A DNA stretch of 64,000 bases from the NCBI GenBank assembly GCA_965603635.1, contig CBFDDT010000003.1, positions 6,978-70,977 of the forward strand, given 5' to 3'. The notes beneath the pieces were generated by a model that worked only from the letters and a program-made list of their open reading frames with translations, had not been told where the DNA came from and made no database searches. Each line of letters begins with the position of its first letter. The stretch's first letter is position 1. Shown here in pieces: positions 37,102 through 46,565 of the stretch. This DNA comes from an uncultured bacterium. Its GTDB lineage: Bacteria > Pseudomonadota > Alphaproteobacteria > UBA8366 > JADFVY01. Made by a program: the position numbers and the translations under genes.

Positions 37102-39969
37102 TCACGCTTTCTCGATGTTGCACAGGGTGACCTTCGACTCCTGCATGTGGGTTACCACATCATAGCCGTAAGTGCCGCAGGTGTTCGATGACTCGCCAAC
37201 AACGTACGGCACGGTGCCGTCCGGATATTTGTGGCTAAAGTCCTCGCCCTGGAAATGCCCGCCGAAATGGAACGGCATAAAGGCAACGCCTTGTCCGACA
37301 CGTTCGGTGATCATCGCCTTGACCTTGACCTTGGTGTTCTCCGGGCTGTGGACCCAGATATCGTCACCCTCGCGAATGCCGAGATTGTTGGCGTCGATCG
37401 TGTTGATTTCGCAGAACATGTCCTGCTGCAACTCGGCCAGCCAGGGGTTCGACCGGGACTCGTCGCCGCCGCCCTCATATTCGACCAGACGGCCGGAAGT
37501 GAGGATGATCGGATGCGACTGCGAGAAGTCCTGATCCTGGATCGTCTTGTACATGGTCGGCAAGCGGTACTTCTTGCGATCCTCGTAGGTCGGATAATCG
37601 GCCACGAGATCACGCCGCGGCGTGTAGAGCGGTTCGCGATGCAGCGGAACCGGATCCGGGAAAGTCCAGACCACCGCCCTTGCCTTCGCATTACCGAAGG
37701 GTGCACAGCCATGCTTGATGGCGACCCGCTGGATACCGCCGGAAAGGTCGGTCTTCCAGTTGGTCTTGTCGCCGGCAACCTTGTCGATAGAGGCCTGTTC
37801 TTCGGCCGTCAGGTCGCCTTCCCAACCAAGCTTCTTGAGCACGCCCATGTTGAACTCGGGATAACCGTCCTCGATCTCCGAGCCGACCGAATAGGAGCCT
37901 TCGGCAAGCAGGTTGTCGCCCTCCCGTTCCACGCCGAAGCGTGCACGGAAGTTGAGACCGCCCTCGGCCACGGACTTGGAGGTGTCATAAAGGATAGGCG
38001 TGCCCGGATGTTTCATCTCCGGCGTTCCCCAGCACGGCCAGGGAAGGCCGTAATATTCACCGTCGACCGGCCCGCCAATCGCCTGCAGCGTGGTCTTGTC
38101 GAAGGTGTGCTGGTTTTCCATGTGAAGTTTCAGGCGCTCCGGCGACTGGCCGGTATAACCGATGGTCCACATGCCGCTATTGAACTCACGGGTCGTGTCC
38201 TCGATCGAAGGCTCGTTATTCTCGACCTTGATGTTTTTGAACATCTCGTCGGCGAAACCGAGCTTCTGGGCCAGGAGATACAGAATCTCATGGTCGGTCT
38301 TGGAATTCCACACCGGATCGACGACCGTTTCGCGCCACTGCAGTGAACGGTTGGACGCGGTGACCGAGCCGTAAGTCTCGAACTGCGTCGCCGCCGGCAA
38401 CAGATAGACGCCGTCCTTGCGATCATGCAGCACGGCGGAGACCGTCGGATAGGGGTCGATCACGACCATCAAATCCAGTTTCTCCATCGCCACCTTCATT
38501 TCCGCGAGGCGGGTTTGCGAGTTCGGTGCATGGCCATCGAACACCATGGCGCGGACATTGTCCGGCTGATCCATGTTCGCCTTGTCTTCCAGCACGCCGT
38601 CGATCCAGCGCGATACCGGAATGCCAGCCGATTCCATCAATTTCTGGTCGGCGAACCGGCCCAGCAGATAGTCGTAATCGACATCCCAGACACGGGCCCA
38701 ATGCTTCCAGGATCCGGTCTTCAGACCGTAATATCCCGGCAGCGAATGGCTGAGCACGCAGAAGTCCGTGGCGCCCTGCACATTGTCATGGCCGCGGAAG
38801 ATGTTGGCGCCGCCGCCGGCGGTACCCATGTTGCCCAAGGCCAACTGCAGTACGCAGTAGGCGCGGGTGTTGCTGCTACCCGTGGTGTGCTGGGTGCCAC
38901 CCATGCACCAGACGATGGTACCCGGGCGGTTATTGGCCAGCGTCCGCGCGACGCGCTTCATCTGCGAGCCGGGAACGCCGGTGACCCGCTCGGTCTCTTC
39001 CGGGGTCCACTTCGCGACCTCGGCCTTGATCTGATCCATGCCCCAGACGCGGCGGCGGATGAATTCCTTGTCCTCCCAGCCGTTCTCGAACACATGCCAC
39101 AGAATGCCCCAGATCAGCGCGACGTCCGTGCCAGGACGGAACCGGACATATTCGTCGGCATGAGCCGCCGTGCGTGTAAAGCGCGGATCGCAAACGATCA
39201 GCGGCGCGTTATTCTGCTCCTTGGCCTTGAGGATATGCTGCATCGCAACCGGATGCGCCTCGGACGGGTTGGAGCCAATCAGGAACATCGCACGGGAATT
39301 GTGGATGTCGTTGAAGCTGTTGGTCATCGCACCATAGCCCCAGGTGTTCGCAACACCAGCGACCGTGGTCGAATGACAGATACGGGCCTGATGGTCACCG
39401 TTGTTCGAGCCCCAGAAGGCATAGAACTTGCGGAACAGATAAGCCTGCTCGTTGTTATGCTTCGCCGAGCCGAGCCAGTAGACCGAATCCGGCCCCGACT
39501 CTTCGCGGATCTTCAGCATTTTGTCGCCGATCTCGTTGATGGCGTCTTCCCAACTGACCGCCTTGTACTTGCCGTCAATCAGCTTCATTGGTGTCCGCAG
39601 TCGCTTTTCGCCGATCTGATGTTCGCGAACCGAGGCGCCCTTGGCGCAATGCGAACCGAGATTAAAGGGGCTGTCAAAACCGGGTTCCTGCCCGATCCAG
39701 ACGCCTTTCTGGACTTCGGCGACGACCGTGCAGCCCACGGAACAATGGGTGCAAACGGACTTCTTGATTTCGATATCGGCGCCACCGGCCGCGGCTTCGG
39801 CCTTCTTGACCATGCCGCCGCTCAGCAGGCTGCCGGCCGCGATGCCGCCAGCCGCCAGGCCCGAATTACGCAGGAAGGTACGGCGATCGACCGCCCCGCC
39901 CGTCACGCCGGCCAGGGCCCGCGAGATGTTGGTGCTCCGTGCGAGCCCCTTTGATTTTTTTCTAAGCAT
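37102..39969 (-). CDS. Formate dehydrogenase alpha subunit (Mo/W-bis-PGD), Tat-exported, cysteine-type
   Basis: The twin-arginine signal is VDRRTFLRNSG. The N-terminal FeS motif is CTHCSVGC. The active-site block ARICHSTTVAG aligns to ARVUHGPTVA of E. coli FdnG, with the Cys codon TGT at 39376-39378. Confidence 0.95.
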   Translation of the reverse strand: MLRKKSKGLARSTNISRALAGVTGGAVDRRTFLRNSGLAAGGIAAGSLLSGGMVKKAEAAAGGADIEIKKSVCTHCSVGCTVVAEVQKGVWIGQEPGFDSPFNLGSHCAKGASVREHQIGEKRLRTPMKLIDGKYKAVSWEDAINEIGDKMLKIREESGPDSVYWLGSAKHNNEQAYLFRKFYAFWGSNNGDHQARICHSTTVAGVANTWGYGAMTNSFNDIHNSRAMFLIGSNPSEAHPVAMQHILKAKEQNNAPLIVCDPRFTRTAAHADEYVRFRPGTDVALIWGILWHVFENGWEDKEFIRRRVWGMDQIKAEVAKWTPEETERVTGVPGSQMKRVARTLANNRPGTIVWCMGGTQHTTGSSNTRAYCVLQLALGNMGTAGGGANIFRGHDNVQGATDFCVLSHSLPGYYGLKTGSWKHWARVWDVDYDYLLGRFADQKLMESAGIPVSRWIDGVLEDKANMDQPDNVRAMVFDGHAPNSQTRLAEMKVAMEKLDLMVVIDPYPTVSAVLHDRKDGVYLLPAATQFETYGSVTASNRSLQWRETVVDPVWNSKTDHEILYLLAQKLGFADEMFKNIKVENNEPSIEDTTREFNSGMWTIGYTGQSPERLKLHMENQHTFDKTTLQAIGGPVDGEYYGLPWPCWGTPEMKHPGTPILYDTSKSVAEGGLNFRARFGVEREGDNLLAEGSYSVGSEIEDGYPEFNMGVLKKLGWEGDLTAEEQASIDKVAGDKTNWKTDLSGGIQRVAIKHGCAPFGNAKARAVVWTFPDPVPLHREPLYTPRRDLVADYPTYEDRKKYRLPTMYKTIQDQDFSQSHPIILTSGRLVEYEGGGDESRSNPWLAELQQDMFCEINTIDANNLGIREGDDIWVHSPENTKVKVKAMITERVGQGVAFMPFHFGGHFQGEDFSHKYPDGTVPYVVGESSNTCGTYGYDVVTHMQESKVTLCNIEKA

Positions 39970-40007
39970 TTCCTCAGTCTCCCGTTTAACGGATCAGCGA
40001 GCGATTA

Positions 40008-40205
40008 TTAGAATTTCGCAAGGTCGTAATAGGTGCGAACATGCTCCGTTTCACGATAACCGGAGCTCTTGGTGTTTATTTCTGCCGCCGCCTCGGCCTT
40101 GCTGGCCGACGTGGCAATTGCCGCGGCGCCCACAACGCCGCCCAGACCTGCAATCTTCAGAAGATCGCGGCGTGCGACCTGCTGTTTTTCTTTTTTCGTT
40201 TCCAT
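40008..40205 (-). CDS. Formate-dehydrogenase-region TAT target small protein
   Basis: This 65-aa protein has the Tat signal ARRDLLKIAG and the C-terminal motif YRETEHVRTYY, which matches Y-[HRK]-x-[TS]-x-H-[IV]-x-x-[YF]-Y. Confidence 0.85.
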   Translation of the reverse strand: METKKEKQQVARRDLLKIAGLGGVVGAAAIATSASKAEAAAEINTKSSGYRETEHVRTYYDLAKF

Positions 40206-40268
40206 CGCCTCAACCTTTCACTGCTCTTACATACCCACAGCCGCCATTATCGGGATTGCCCCCCGATT

Positions 40269-40925
40269 TCAGGCCGCCATCTCAAACGCCGTAGACTCGA
40301 TTACCATGAAAATACGGCCAATCGCGCCCACGGGCGCATAAAAATCCGTTGCCTTCGCCACTTCAAGATCGGCAAAAAACTGCCCCGCCCACGGACCTAT
40401 ATGGGCGTCGAAAAAGGCGCGCTGCGCCCCAATGTCCGCGGGATCGCCAAACGCGCCCTCGATCAGCCCGGCCATCATTTCGCACAGGGCGGCAATGTGG
40501 TCCTCGGGTTCCTTGACGTCTTCGGCGCGCGCGATTCCCAGGCGGTCCATATCGACGCGCAGCCTGGCCAGAGGTTTTTCGTATACAAACCCGGTGAGGT
40601 AATAGGAGCAGTAGGGCATAAGCTCGCCACGCCCGACGCCGATAAACAAGTCATGAAATTCGTCGTCGACGCGGGCAGGATCCGCCGCCGCGGCCGTCCG
40701 GCCCAGCGTGCTCAGCGCCTGGCCCAGTTCGCTCGCATCGCCAGTAATTTCGGCGATCCGGCCCAGCGCTTCCCGGTCCGGTATTCGAGCGAGCAGGCCC
40801 GCAAGCAGCCGGTATAGCTGCGCGCGCTGACTGTCTTCTTCTGTGATCGTGGACGCAGAAGATGCGCCCTTGGGTTTATCGCTCACGGCGACTTTTGCCC
40901 CATATTGTTTCCTCCCGAAGTGCAT
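40269..40925 (-). CDS. TorD/DmsD-family redox enzyme maturation chaperone
   Basis: YRLLAGLL..., DEFHDLFIGVG..., EDHIAALCEMMAGL. The start is uncertain (ATG 40925, GTG 40886 or ATG 40979). Confidence 0.8.
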   Translation of the reverse strand: MHFGRKQYGAKVAVSDKPKGASSASTITEEDSQRAQLYRLLAGLLARIPDREALGRIAEITGDASELGQALSTLGRTAAAADPARVDDEFHDLFIGVGRGELMPYCSYYLTGFVYEKPLARLRVDMDRLGIARAEDVKEPEDHIAALCEMMAGLIEGAFGDPADIGAQRAFFDAHIGPWAGQFFADLEVAKATDFYAPVGAIGRIFMVIESTAFEMAA

Positions 40926-41101
40926 ACAATACAGCAGCAGAAAGCGAGACGTCAACTCGTAGTGTGGGCAGTTGGGCAAAAAAAGTCGCCACTAATACAT
41001 ACAATTCATTGGGTTTTTCGATTGAAACCCGCCCAAACGAGCAGGAAACCGGGCCTACCCGGAGGCCTGCAACCCGATATCAAATTTTTGTCGGCGCGAG
41101 T

Positions 41102-41662
41102 TTAACCGAGGTCTTCGTCATCTTCATCCGGGATATCACCGGCACCATCGTCGATTGTCGGGTGCACGTCCGGGATACCTTTCTCGTCGGACTCGCCGTC
41201 GGCGCTTTCCTCACTGCCCACGGGCTCCTCCGGGTCCAACGCTGCTTCCTGTTTTTCTTTCTTGGGATAACCCTTGCCGACCTCCCAGGCGCTTTTCATG
41301 CCCTTGATCACCGTCGCGGCGTCCGTGTAGTCCTCGCCATATTCTTCCATGCCATCGATAACGTTGAAGACCGGGTCGCTGGACCACAGCTTGCGCAGGG
41401 CTTGGCGGCGGAGCGCCTTGGGCACGCCTTGCTTCATGAAGGCCGTGAAGTCGGAGTCAGCGGTCAGCGATTCGATATCCGGCAAATCCGGCGGCGGCGT
41501 CTCATCCGCTGGCGCATCCTGTCCGGTTTCGTCGGGCTGTGCCGCATCCACGGGCAGGTCGGCATTTTCCTCGCGCAGTTCCGGCGCCGCGCCGCCGCGG
41601 CCGTCGCGCACTTCCGCCTTGCGCCGCGACCAGCGGCTTAGCCTGCTTTCGTCAGAGGTCAT
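41102..41662 (-). CDS. DUF3306-like protein
   Basis: The N-terminus is LSRWSRRKAEV, followed by an acidic low-complexity region and a conserved C-terminal half. The ATG at 41662 overlaps the upstream gene by 11 nt. The family name is from memory. Confidence 0.7.
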   Translation of the reverse strand: MTSDESRLSRWSRRKAEVRDGRGGAAPELREENADLPVDAAQPDETGQDAPADETPPPDLPDIESLTADSDFTAFMKQGVPKALRRQALRKLWSSDPVFNVIDGMEEYGEDYTDAATVIKGMKSAWEVGKGYPKKEKQEAALDPEEPVGSEESADGESDEKGIPDVHPTIDDGAGDIPDEDDEDLG

Positions 41663-42203
41663 GGCCGTCGCTCCATCCCGAACCGCGACCGTATCTGGGC
41701 TTGTCGCCCGAATCCTCGTCGAAATGCCGGCGCTGTTTGCGTTTCTTGAATGGCTCATCCACATGATGAAATTCAATAAAATCGCGCAGCCAGGCGACCA
41801 TGCCGTCAGGCATCGGCACTGCCTCTACGACATCCTCGCCGTCGAGATAATCCTGCGCCTCGAACGACGACACCGTGGCGACGAAGGGCTTCAGTTCATG
41901 TTCGCCCTCAAGATCCTCGCGCAGAACCACATAGACCGACGGCGGATCGCCGGTCAGGCAATCCAGGTAGGCCTGGGTATCGGTGCGGAACACCTCGATC
42001 TCCAGCGTGCCCGCGTGATAATGCTCCCAGTCCTCGCCTTCTTTCAATTTTTTCCAGGGACCATCGGGGTCCATCGGCGCCGCGCCCGGTATCACCGCGA
42101 CCGGCAGCCATATGTTATCCGCCCAGGGGTGACTGCTGTCGCGGCGTTCAACGACAATGCCCACGGGCATGGTTTCAATCCGGTTTTTGATTTCTTCGCC
42201 CAA
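41652..42203 (-). CDS. DUF3305-like protein
   Basis: PVGIVVERRDSSHPWADNIWLPVAVIPGA... The start is TTG 42203 after AAGGGG, or ATG 42170. The family name is from memory. Confidence 0.7.
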   Translation of the reverse strand: MGEEIKNRIETMPVGIVVERRDSSHPWADNIWLPVAVIPGAAPMDPDGPWKKLKEGEDWEHYHAGTLEIEVFRTDTQAYLDCLTGDPPSVYVVLREDLEGEHELKPFVATVSSFEAQDYLDGEDVVEAVPMPDGMVAWLRDFIEFHHVDEPFKKRKQRRHFDEDSGDKPRYGRGSGWSDGHDL

Positions 42204-42349
42204 AGCGCGCCCCTTGAAATTTCCGTTCAGGCACAGACTTTAGTCCCGCGCGCCGACAAGGCAAGCGTCAATATAGGCGACACCCTTGGCAGCGCGCGGC
42301 CAAACCGTTAGGGATTGCCCCCACGAAGACAAACCAACCTGGAAAACGA

Positions 42350-43366
42350 ATGACAGAACTCTGGCCCAGCTCCGGCTATCGGCTTCTTCAAACTGACGCG
42401 CAAGGGCGTCTGGCGGTGACCGACGATTTTCTGCGCGCCTATCTGACGCGGCCCGAAATTGCGCCGGTCGAGGAATCGCTGGATGCCGAACGCGAACTGC
42501 ATGCGGAATTGCTGGTCGATCCTCGCATGACGGTGGAGCCGGTCAGGCTGGCCGCGCTTGGCGATGCGGACGCGGCGGAAAATTACCAGGTCGTGTTGTC
42601 TTTTCGCGATCGCCTGGTCGCGGCCGGCACGATCGAGGCCTGTTATCGTGGGCTTTTCGACGGCAATCCGCCCGCCATACCCGTGCCGCCGCTGTTCGTG
42701 GATCAACTTGCCCATGTAATCATGCGCAATATTCTGGACGGCAATGACGACCCGTTCCGCGCCCGCGCCGGCGAATTGTTCTTCCGCAAGCAGACCGGCA
42801 TGAATCAGGACGGCGCGATCCTGCTGGGCGACGATGAGACCGTCGATATGTACCGCCAGCACGGATTCGGCAATATCGGCAAGCTGCTGGCCGAAGCGGG
42901 AACGCCGACCCGCCAGGTGGAACTGGATGTGCTGAACGCGGAAAATGCCGGGCAATTCTGGGATCGCAGCGACCGTTTCGACATGGTGCTGGACCTGACC
43001 TTCGGCCGCGAGGGGTTGGACGCGCTGTGCCGGGTGCTGGAGCAATGGGTCGGCCATTTTTTCGATCTGAAAGTTTCCGTGCAACCGGCACAAAGCGTAA
43101 AGGACGAACACTGGGTCTGGCATATCGGGCTGGATGCAATGGCCAGCGGAATATTGAATGACCTTTATAACGGCGTCGATGTCGAGGAAGAACGGCTGGC
43201 CCGTCTGATATCCCTGTTCCGGCTGGAATTCGCCGATCCCCGGGCCTCCCTGCCACGCGTGGCTGGCCGGCCAATCTATCTGGCGCTGGCCATGGCGGAG
43301 GACAATTCGGTGCGGCTGAAGCCGCAGAATCTACTGGTCAATCTGCCGGTGGCGGAAATCGTTTAA
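42350..43366 (+). CDS. Conserved hypothetical protein (338 aa)
   Basis: A long ORF with good coding character. I recognise no catalytic motif. It is the first gene of a three-gene plus-strand unit. Confidence 0.7.
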   Translation: MTELWPSSGYRLLQTDAQGRLAVTDDFLRAYLTRPEIAPVEESLDAERELHAELLVDPRMTVEPVRLAALGDADAAENYQVVLSFRDRLVAAGTIEACYRGLFDGNPPAIPVPPLFVDQLAHVIMRNILDGNDDPFRARAGELFFRKQTGMNQDGAILLGDDETVDMYRQHGFGNIGKLLAEAGTPTRQVELDVLNAENAGQFWDRSDRFDMVLDLTFGREGLDALCRVLEQWVGHFFDLKVSVQPAQSVKDEHWVWHIGLDAMASGILNDLYNGVDVEEERLARLISLFRLEFADPRASLPRVAGRPIYLALAMAEDNSVRLKPQNLLVNLPVAEIV

Positions 43367-43386
43367 AGAAAATGGAGAAGAAGAGC

Positions 43387-43593
43387 ATGAACGAAGACGC
43401 ATTTAATATGAGCATCCGCAAGTTCCTGAAGAAGGTCGGCGTGACCTCGCAGCGCGAGATCGAGCATGCGGTGCACGAAGCGCTCGCCGACGGCAAAATC
43501 ACCGGCGACACGACCCTGAAGGCCAAGGTGGTGCTGACCGTCGACGGCATCGACCTGTCGGCGACCATCGAAAGCGACATCGAACTGGAATGA
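43387..43593 (+). CDS. Small conserved hypothetical protein (68 aa)
   Basis: MNEDAFNMSIRKFLKKVGVTSQREIEHAV... A GGAGAAG RBS precedes ATG 43387; ATG 43372 is an alternative. Confidence 0.6.
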   Translation: MNEDAFNMSIRKFLKKVGVTSQREIEHAVHEALADGKITGDTTLKAKVVLTVDGIDLSATIESDIELE

Positions 43594-43892
43594 CCGGCGA
43601 GGATAGAACATCGCCGCTGGACCACCCCGCCGCGCGCCTTGCCGCGGTGACGATTGCACTGGCCGGTTTGGCCTTCCTGGGCTGGATGCACCGCAACGAT
43701 TTGTTCCCGCCGGAACCCGGCGCGGCCCCGGGCGACCCCAGAGAGGCCGCCTTCCAGGCCTGCTTCGCACCCCAGGCCGCGCGCATCGCGAAGGACGCGG
43801 AAAGCGGCCAGATCAGCGCCGAGCAGGCCACCCTGTTCCGCGGCCGCGCCGAAGCCTTCTGCGCCGACAAGGCGGCGAAGGGCAGGCAATAG
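43590..43892 (+). CDS. Small membrane-anchored hypothetical protein (100 aa)
   Basis: It has an ATGA overlap with the upstream gene and one TM helix (LAAVTIALAGLAFLGWM). Confidence 0.5.
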   Translation: MTGEDRTSPLDHPAARLAAVTIALAGLAFLGWMHRNDLFPPEPGAAPGDPREAAFQACFAPQAARIAKDAESGQISAEQATLFRGRAEAFCADKAAKGRQ

Positions 43893-43895
43893 CCG

Positions 43896-45971
43896 TCAGC
43901 CCTCGCCCTCTTCCTTCGCCCGTTCGGCCAGCACCCGCGCCCTCTCCTTTACGATCTCTTCCTCGCGTTCGCGCAGATCGTCGTCGGTGGTCCGGGGTTT
44001 GGGGCGGTCGGCGCCCTTGAAGGGGTCGTCCTTGGCATCGAACTGGTCGATAACCCGGCAGTCGTCGCACATCTTGATGCGCTCGGCCATCGGGCCGTCG
44101 GCGAACATCGGGTTCTTGCCGGCCAGCTTTTCGAAAATATGCTCGATCGAGCTCTTGGTGCCGAAGGGCTTGCCGCAACGCACGCATTCGAAGGGTTCTT
44201 CCTCCTTCAGGACGACGGCGCGGCGGGAGTCGGCGGTAAAGGCCAGGCGTGGCTCCAGCTTGATCACCGATTCCGGACAGGTGCTGCGGCACAGCCCGCA
44301 TTGCACGCAGGCCTGTTCGTCGAACGAGAGTTGCGGTTTGTCTGGATTGTCGCGCAGCGCACCCGTGGGGCAGGCGCCGATGCAGGACAGGCACAGCGTA
44401 CAGCCGGCGTCGTCCACCACCAACCGACCGAAGGGCGCGCCGTCGGGTAGCGGCACGATATCGGCGGGCGTCGGCGCGACCTCGTGCAAATGAGCCAGCG
44501 CCAGCCCGATCACCGCGCGCTTGCCACCCGCCGCCAGGAACGAGCCAGGCTTTGCCGACGCGGGGCTCTTCGTGTCCCACAGCAGGCGCTCCACGGCGTC
44601 CGGGTCGGCCTCGGCGATTACCGACACCCGGCCGCCGCCATAACCCAGACCGTCCGTCACCGCCTCGGCAAGGCCGATCTGCTGGGCCAGCCCGGCCAGT
44701 TCATCGCGGCGGTCCGGCCCCACCAGGATACGCAGGGCCGACGCCCCCCATCCCAGCGCGCAGGAGATCAGGTCAAAGCCCGCCATGGTGACCTCATGCA
44801 CCGCAAAGGGCAGCACATTGGCCGGCAGCCCGCGCCCGAACCGCGCCATGGCGTCGATCACATCCGCGCCGTGGCCCTCGTCATGCAGCAACAGCACGGC
44901 ATCCTTGCCGCCCGCCGCGTGGTAGGTGGTCAGCATCGTGCGCAGGCGGCCCAGCAGCGCGTCGGCCGGGGGCATGTCGTAGCGCGCGGCGCCCGTCGGG
45001 CAGACGCTGTTACAGCCGCCGCAGCCGCCACAGACATAATTGTCGATCTCCACATGGTCGCCGGCCGGGGTAATGGCCGAGACCGGGCAGACATCGATGC
45101 AGCGGGTGCAGCCGATTTTCATGCTGCGCGAATGGGCGCAAAGATCGGGCGTGAAATTCACATAGCGCGGTTTCTCGAACTCGCCCACCATATCGGCCAG
45201 CTCGAACAGCGCCTTCTGTACTGCGGCCGGGTTCCCGGGGTCGGGGCGCAGATAGCCGTCGATGCGCTCACCGGCGGGGAACAGGGGTGCGCCGCCGGTA
45301 AGGTCCAGGATCAGGTGGCATTTGGACACCGCCCCGTTGCGGGGATTCTCAAAGGAGAGAGTTCCACGCGACGACACGCTGGCCGGCGCGTAATCGTCGA
45401 CGCCGATCTCGAAGGCGCCCATATGGCCCTTCGCCATTCTGACCGTTCCCCGAAAAACGGGAACGTCCATAATTCGCGGCGGCATGATATCGCCGGGGCG
45501 GTCCAGCAGCAGGGTGACGTCCAGCCGCCCGGCAAGCTGTTGCGCGGCCTCCAGCGCGACCTCGTCGCGGCCATAGACCAGGCAGACACCATCGGATGCC
45601 AGGGTAACCGTCGGGGTCGGCGGAATGTCCAGGGCGGCCTCGGCCAGCAGGGCGGCAATTTTCGCCGTCGCCTTCGCGCCATTCTCGGACCAGCCGGCAC
45701 GCTCGCGGATATTCACATGGCCCAGCGCAGCCGCGCCCTCGCCCACTTCCCCGGCGACCTCGTCGAACAGCGGCGCTTCCTGGGTGCAGGCGACCAGCGC
45801 CTGGCCGCCCTTGGCGATTTCGCCCCGGAAATTGTCGATCTGCGCGCGGCAGAGCTGGCTGGCGATCTCGGGCGCGCCATCGGCGCCGCAAGCCTTGGCC
45901 AGCGCCTTGCCGTCCAGCGCCATGCTGTGCTCGCAATCGCAGAGCAATATCCGTCTGCCGTTGATTTCCAT
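43896..45971 (-). CDS. Large polyferredoxin-like 4Fe-4S protein (691 aa)
   Basis: It has several CxxCxxCxxxCP clusters (CTRCIDVCP, CGGCGGCNSVCP, CTLCLSCIGACP, CVQCGLCRSTCP). The start is ATG 45971 after GGGAGAGG. Confidence 0.85.
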   Translation of the reverse strand: MEINGRRILLCDCEHSMALDGKALAKACGADGAPEIASQLCRAQIDNFRGEIAKGGQALVACTQEAPLFDEVAGEVGEGAAALGHVNIRERAGWSENGAKATAKIAALLAEAALDIPPTPTVTLASDGVCLVYGRDEVALEAAQQLAGRLDVTLLLDRPGDIMPPRIMDVPVFRGTVRMAKGHMGAFEIGVDDYAPASVSSRGTLSFENPRNGAVSKCHLILDLTGGAPLFPAGERIDGYLRPDPGNPAAVQKALFELADMVGEFEKPRYVNFTPDLCAHSRSMKIGCTRCIDVCPVSAITPAGDHVEIDNYVCGGCGGCNSVCPTGAARYDMPPADALLGRLRTMLTTYHAAGGKDAVLLLHDEGHGADVIDAMARFGRGLPANVLPFAVHEVTMAGFDLISCALGWGASALRILVGPDRRDELAGLAQQIGLAEAVTDGLGYGGGRVSVIAEADPDAVERLLWDTKSPASAKPGSFLAAGGKRAVIGLALAHLHEVAPTPADIVPLPDGAPFGRLVVDDAGCTLCLSCIGACPTGALRDNPDKPQLSFDEQACVQCGLCRSTCPESVIKLEPRLAFTADSRRAVVLKEEEPFECVRCGKPFGTKSSIEHIFEKLAGKNPMFADGPMAERIKMCDDCRVIDQFDAKDDPFKGADRPKPRTTDDDLREREEEIVKERARVLAERAKEEGEG

Positions 45972-46189
45972 TAATGCGTTCCTCTCCCGCCATTTCCGGC
46001 TGTTGAAATCTTTACCACCACGGAAATAGTCCGCCGCGCCGCTGGTACCATAGCGCGGCCCCTGGCGGAAGCCCATGCGGGGCAGAAAAGGGGCCGGCGG
46101 GGCGTGATTACCGGCAACCGGTCGCCAATCGAGCGGCCTTGAAACGCCATTGATCCCGCCTGCGATGTTTTTTTTCCAACTATGTCAGG

Positions 46190-46237
46190 CACAATAACAA
46201 AAGACCCGCCAACCGCAATTCTGCGGCAGCGGGTCTT
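46190..46237 (-). terminator. Rho-independent terminator (minus strand)
   Basis: On the minus strand, aagacccgc...gcgggtctt forms a 9-bp stem with an inner ccgca/tgcgg mini-stem, followed by ttgttattgtg. Confidence 0.6.
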
Positions 46238-46289
46238 TCGAGCGAACCGGTCGAATACCCTGGGAGAGCTGGTAGCGAGTAGCGTGGCG

Positions 46290-46490
46290 TCAGACGTTCG
46301 ACGTCGCGCAATTCAATTCCGAAAGCATTCGAACCTGGTCGCGAATCAGAGACCGGGCTTCCTCACTAGGCGTGAGAATCGCCCGAACCCCGTGACGGCC
46401 GTCTTCCTCGACGGCCGCAATGGCGCGTGAAACCGTGGGCAGCTGGATTCTGGCGCCAGAGATAAAATCGTAAAAAGAATTGCAAACCAT
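46290..46490 (-). CDS. Small hypothetical protein (66 aa from ATG 46490; 89 aa from TTG 46559)
   Basis: The ORF lies between a near-consensus FNR-type box and a terminator. Third-position GC is visibly lower than in neighbouring genes, and I recognise no family. Confidence 0.35.
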   Translation of the reverse strand: MVCNSFYDFISGARIQLPTVSRAIAAVEEDGRHGVRAILTPSEEARSLIRDQVRMLSELNCATSNV

Positions 46491-46565
46491 GTCTCTTAAC
46501 CCCTGTCTTGAAATGCCAGACTGGAGGATCACGGGCCAACCCTCATTGATGTATGTCAAGCATAC

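Noticed and set aside
39376-39378. Possible selenocysteine (TGA recoding) in the formate dehydrogenase alpha subunit.
   Set aside because: The codon aligned with the Sec of E. coli FdnG (ARVUHGPTVA versus ARICHSTTVAG) is TGT (Cys). The ORF is uninterrupted and no SECIS-like hairpin is needed.
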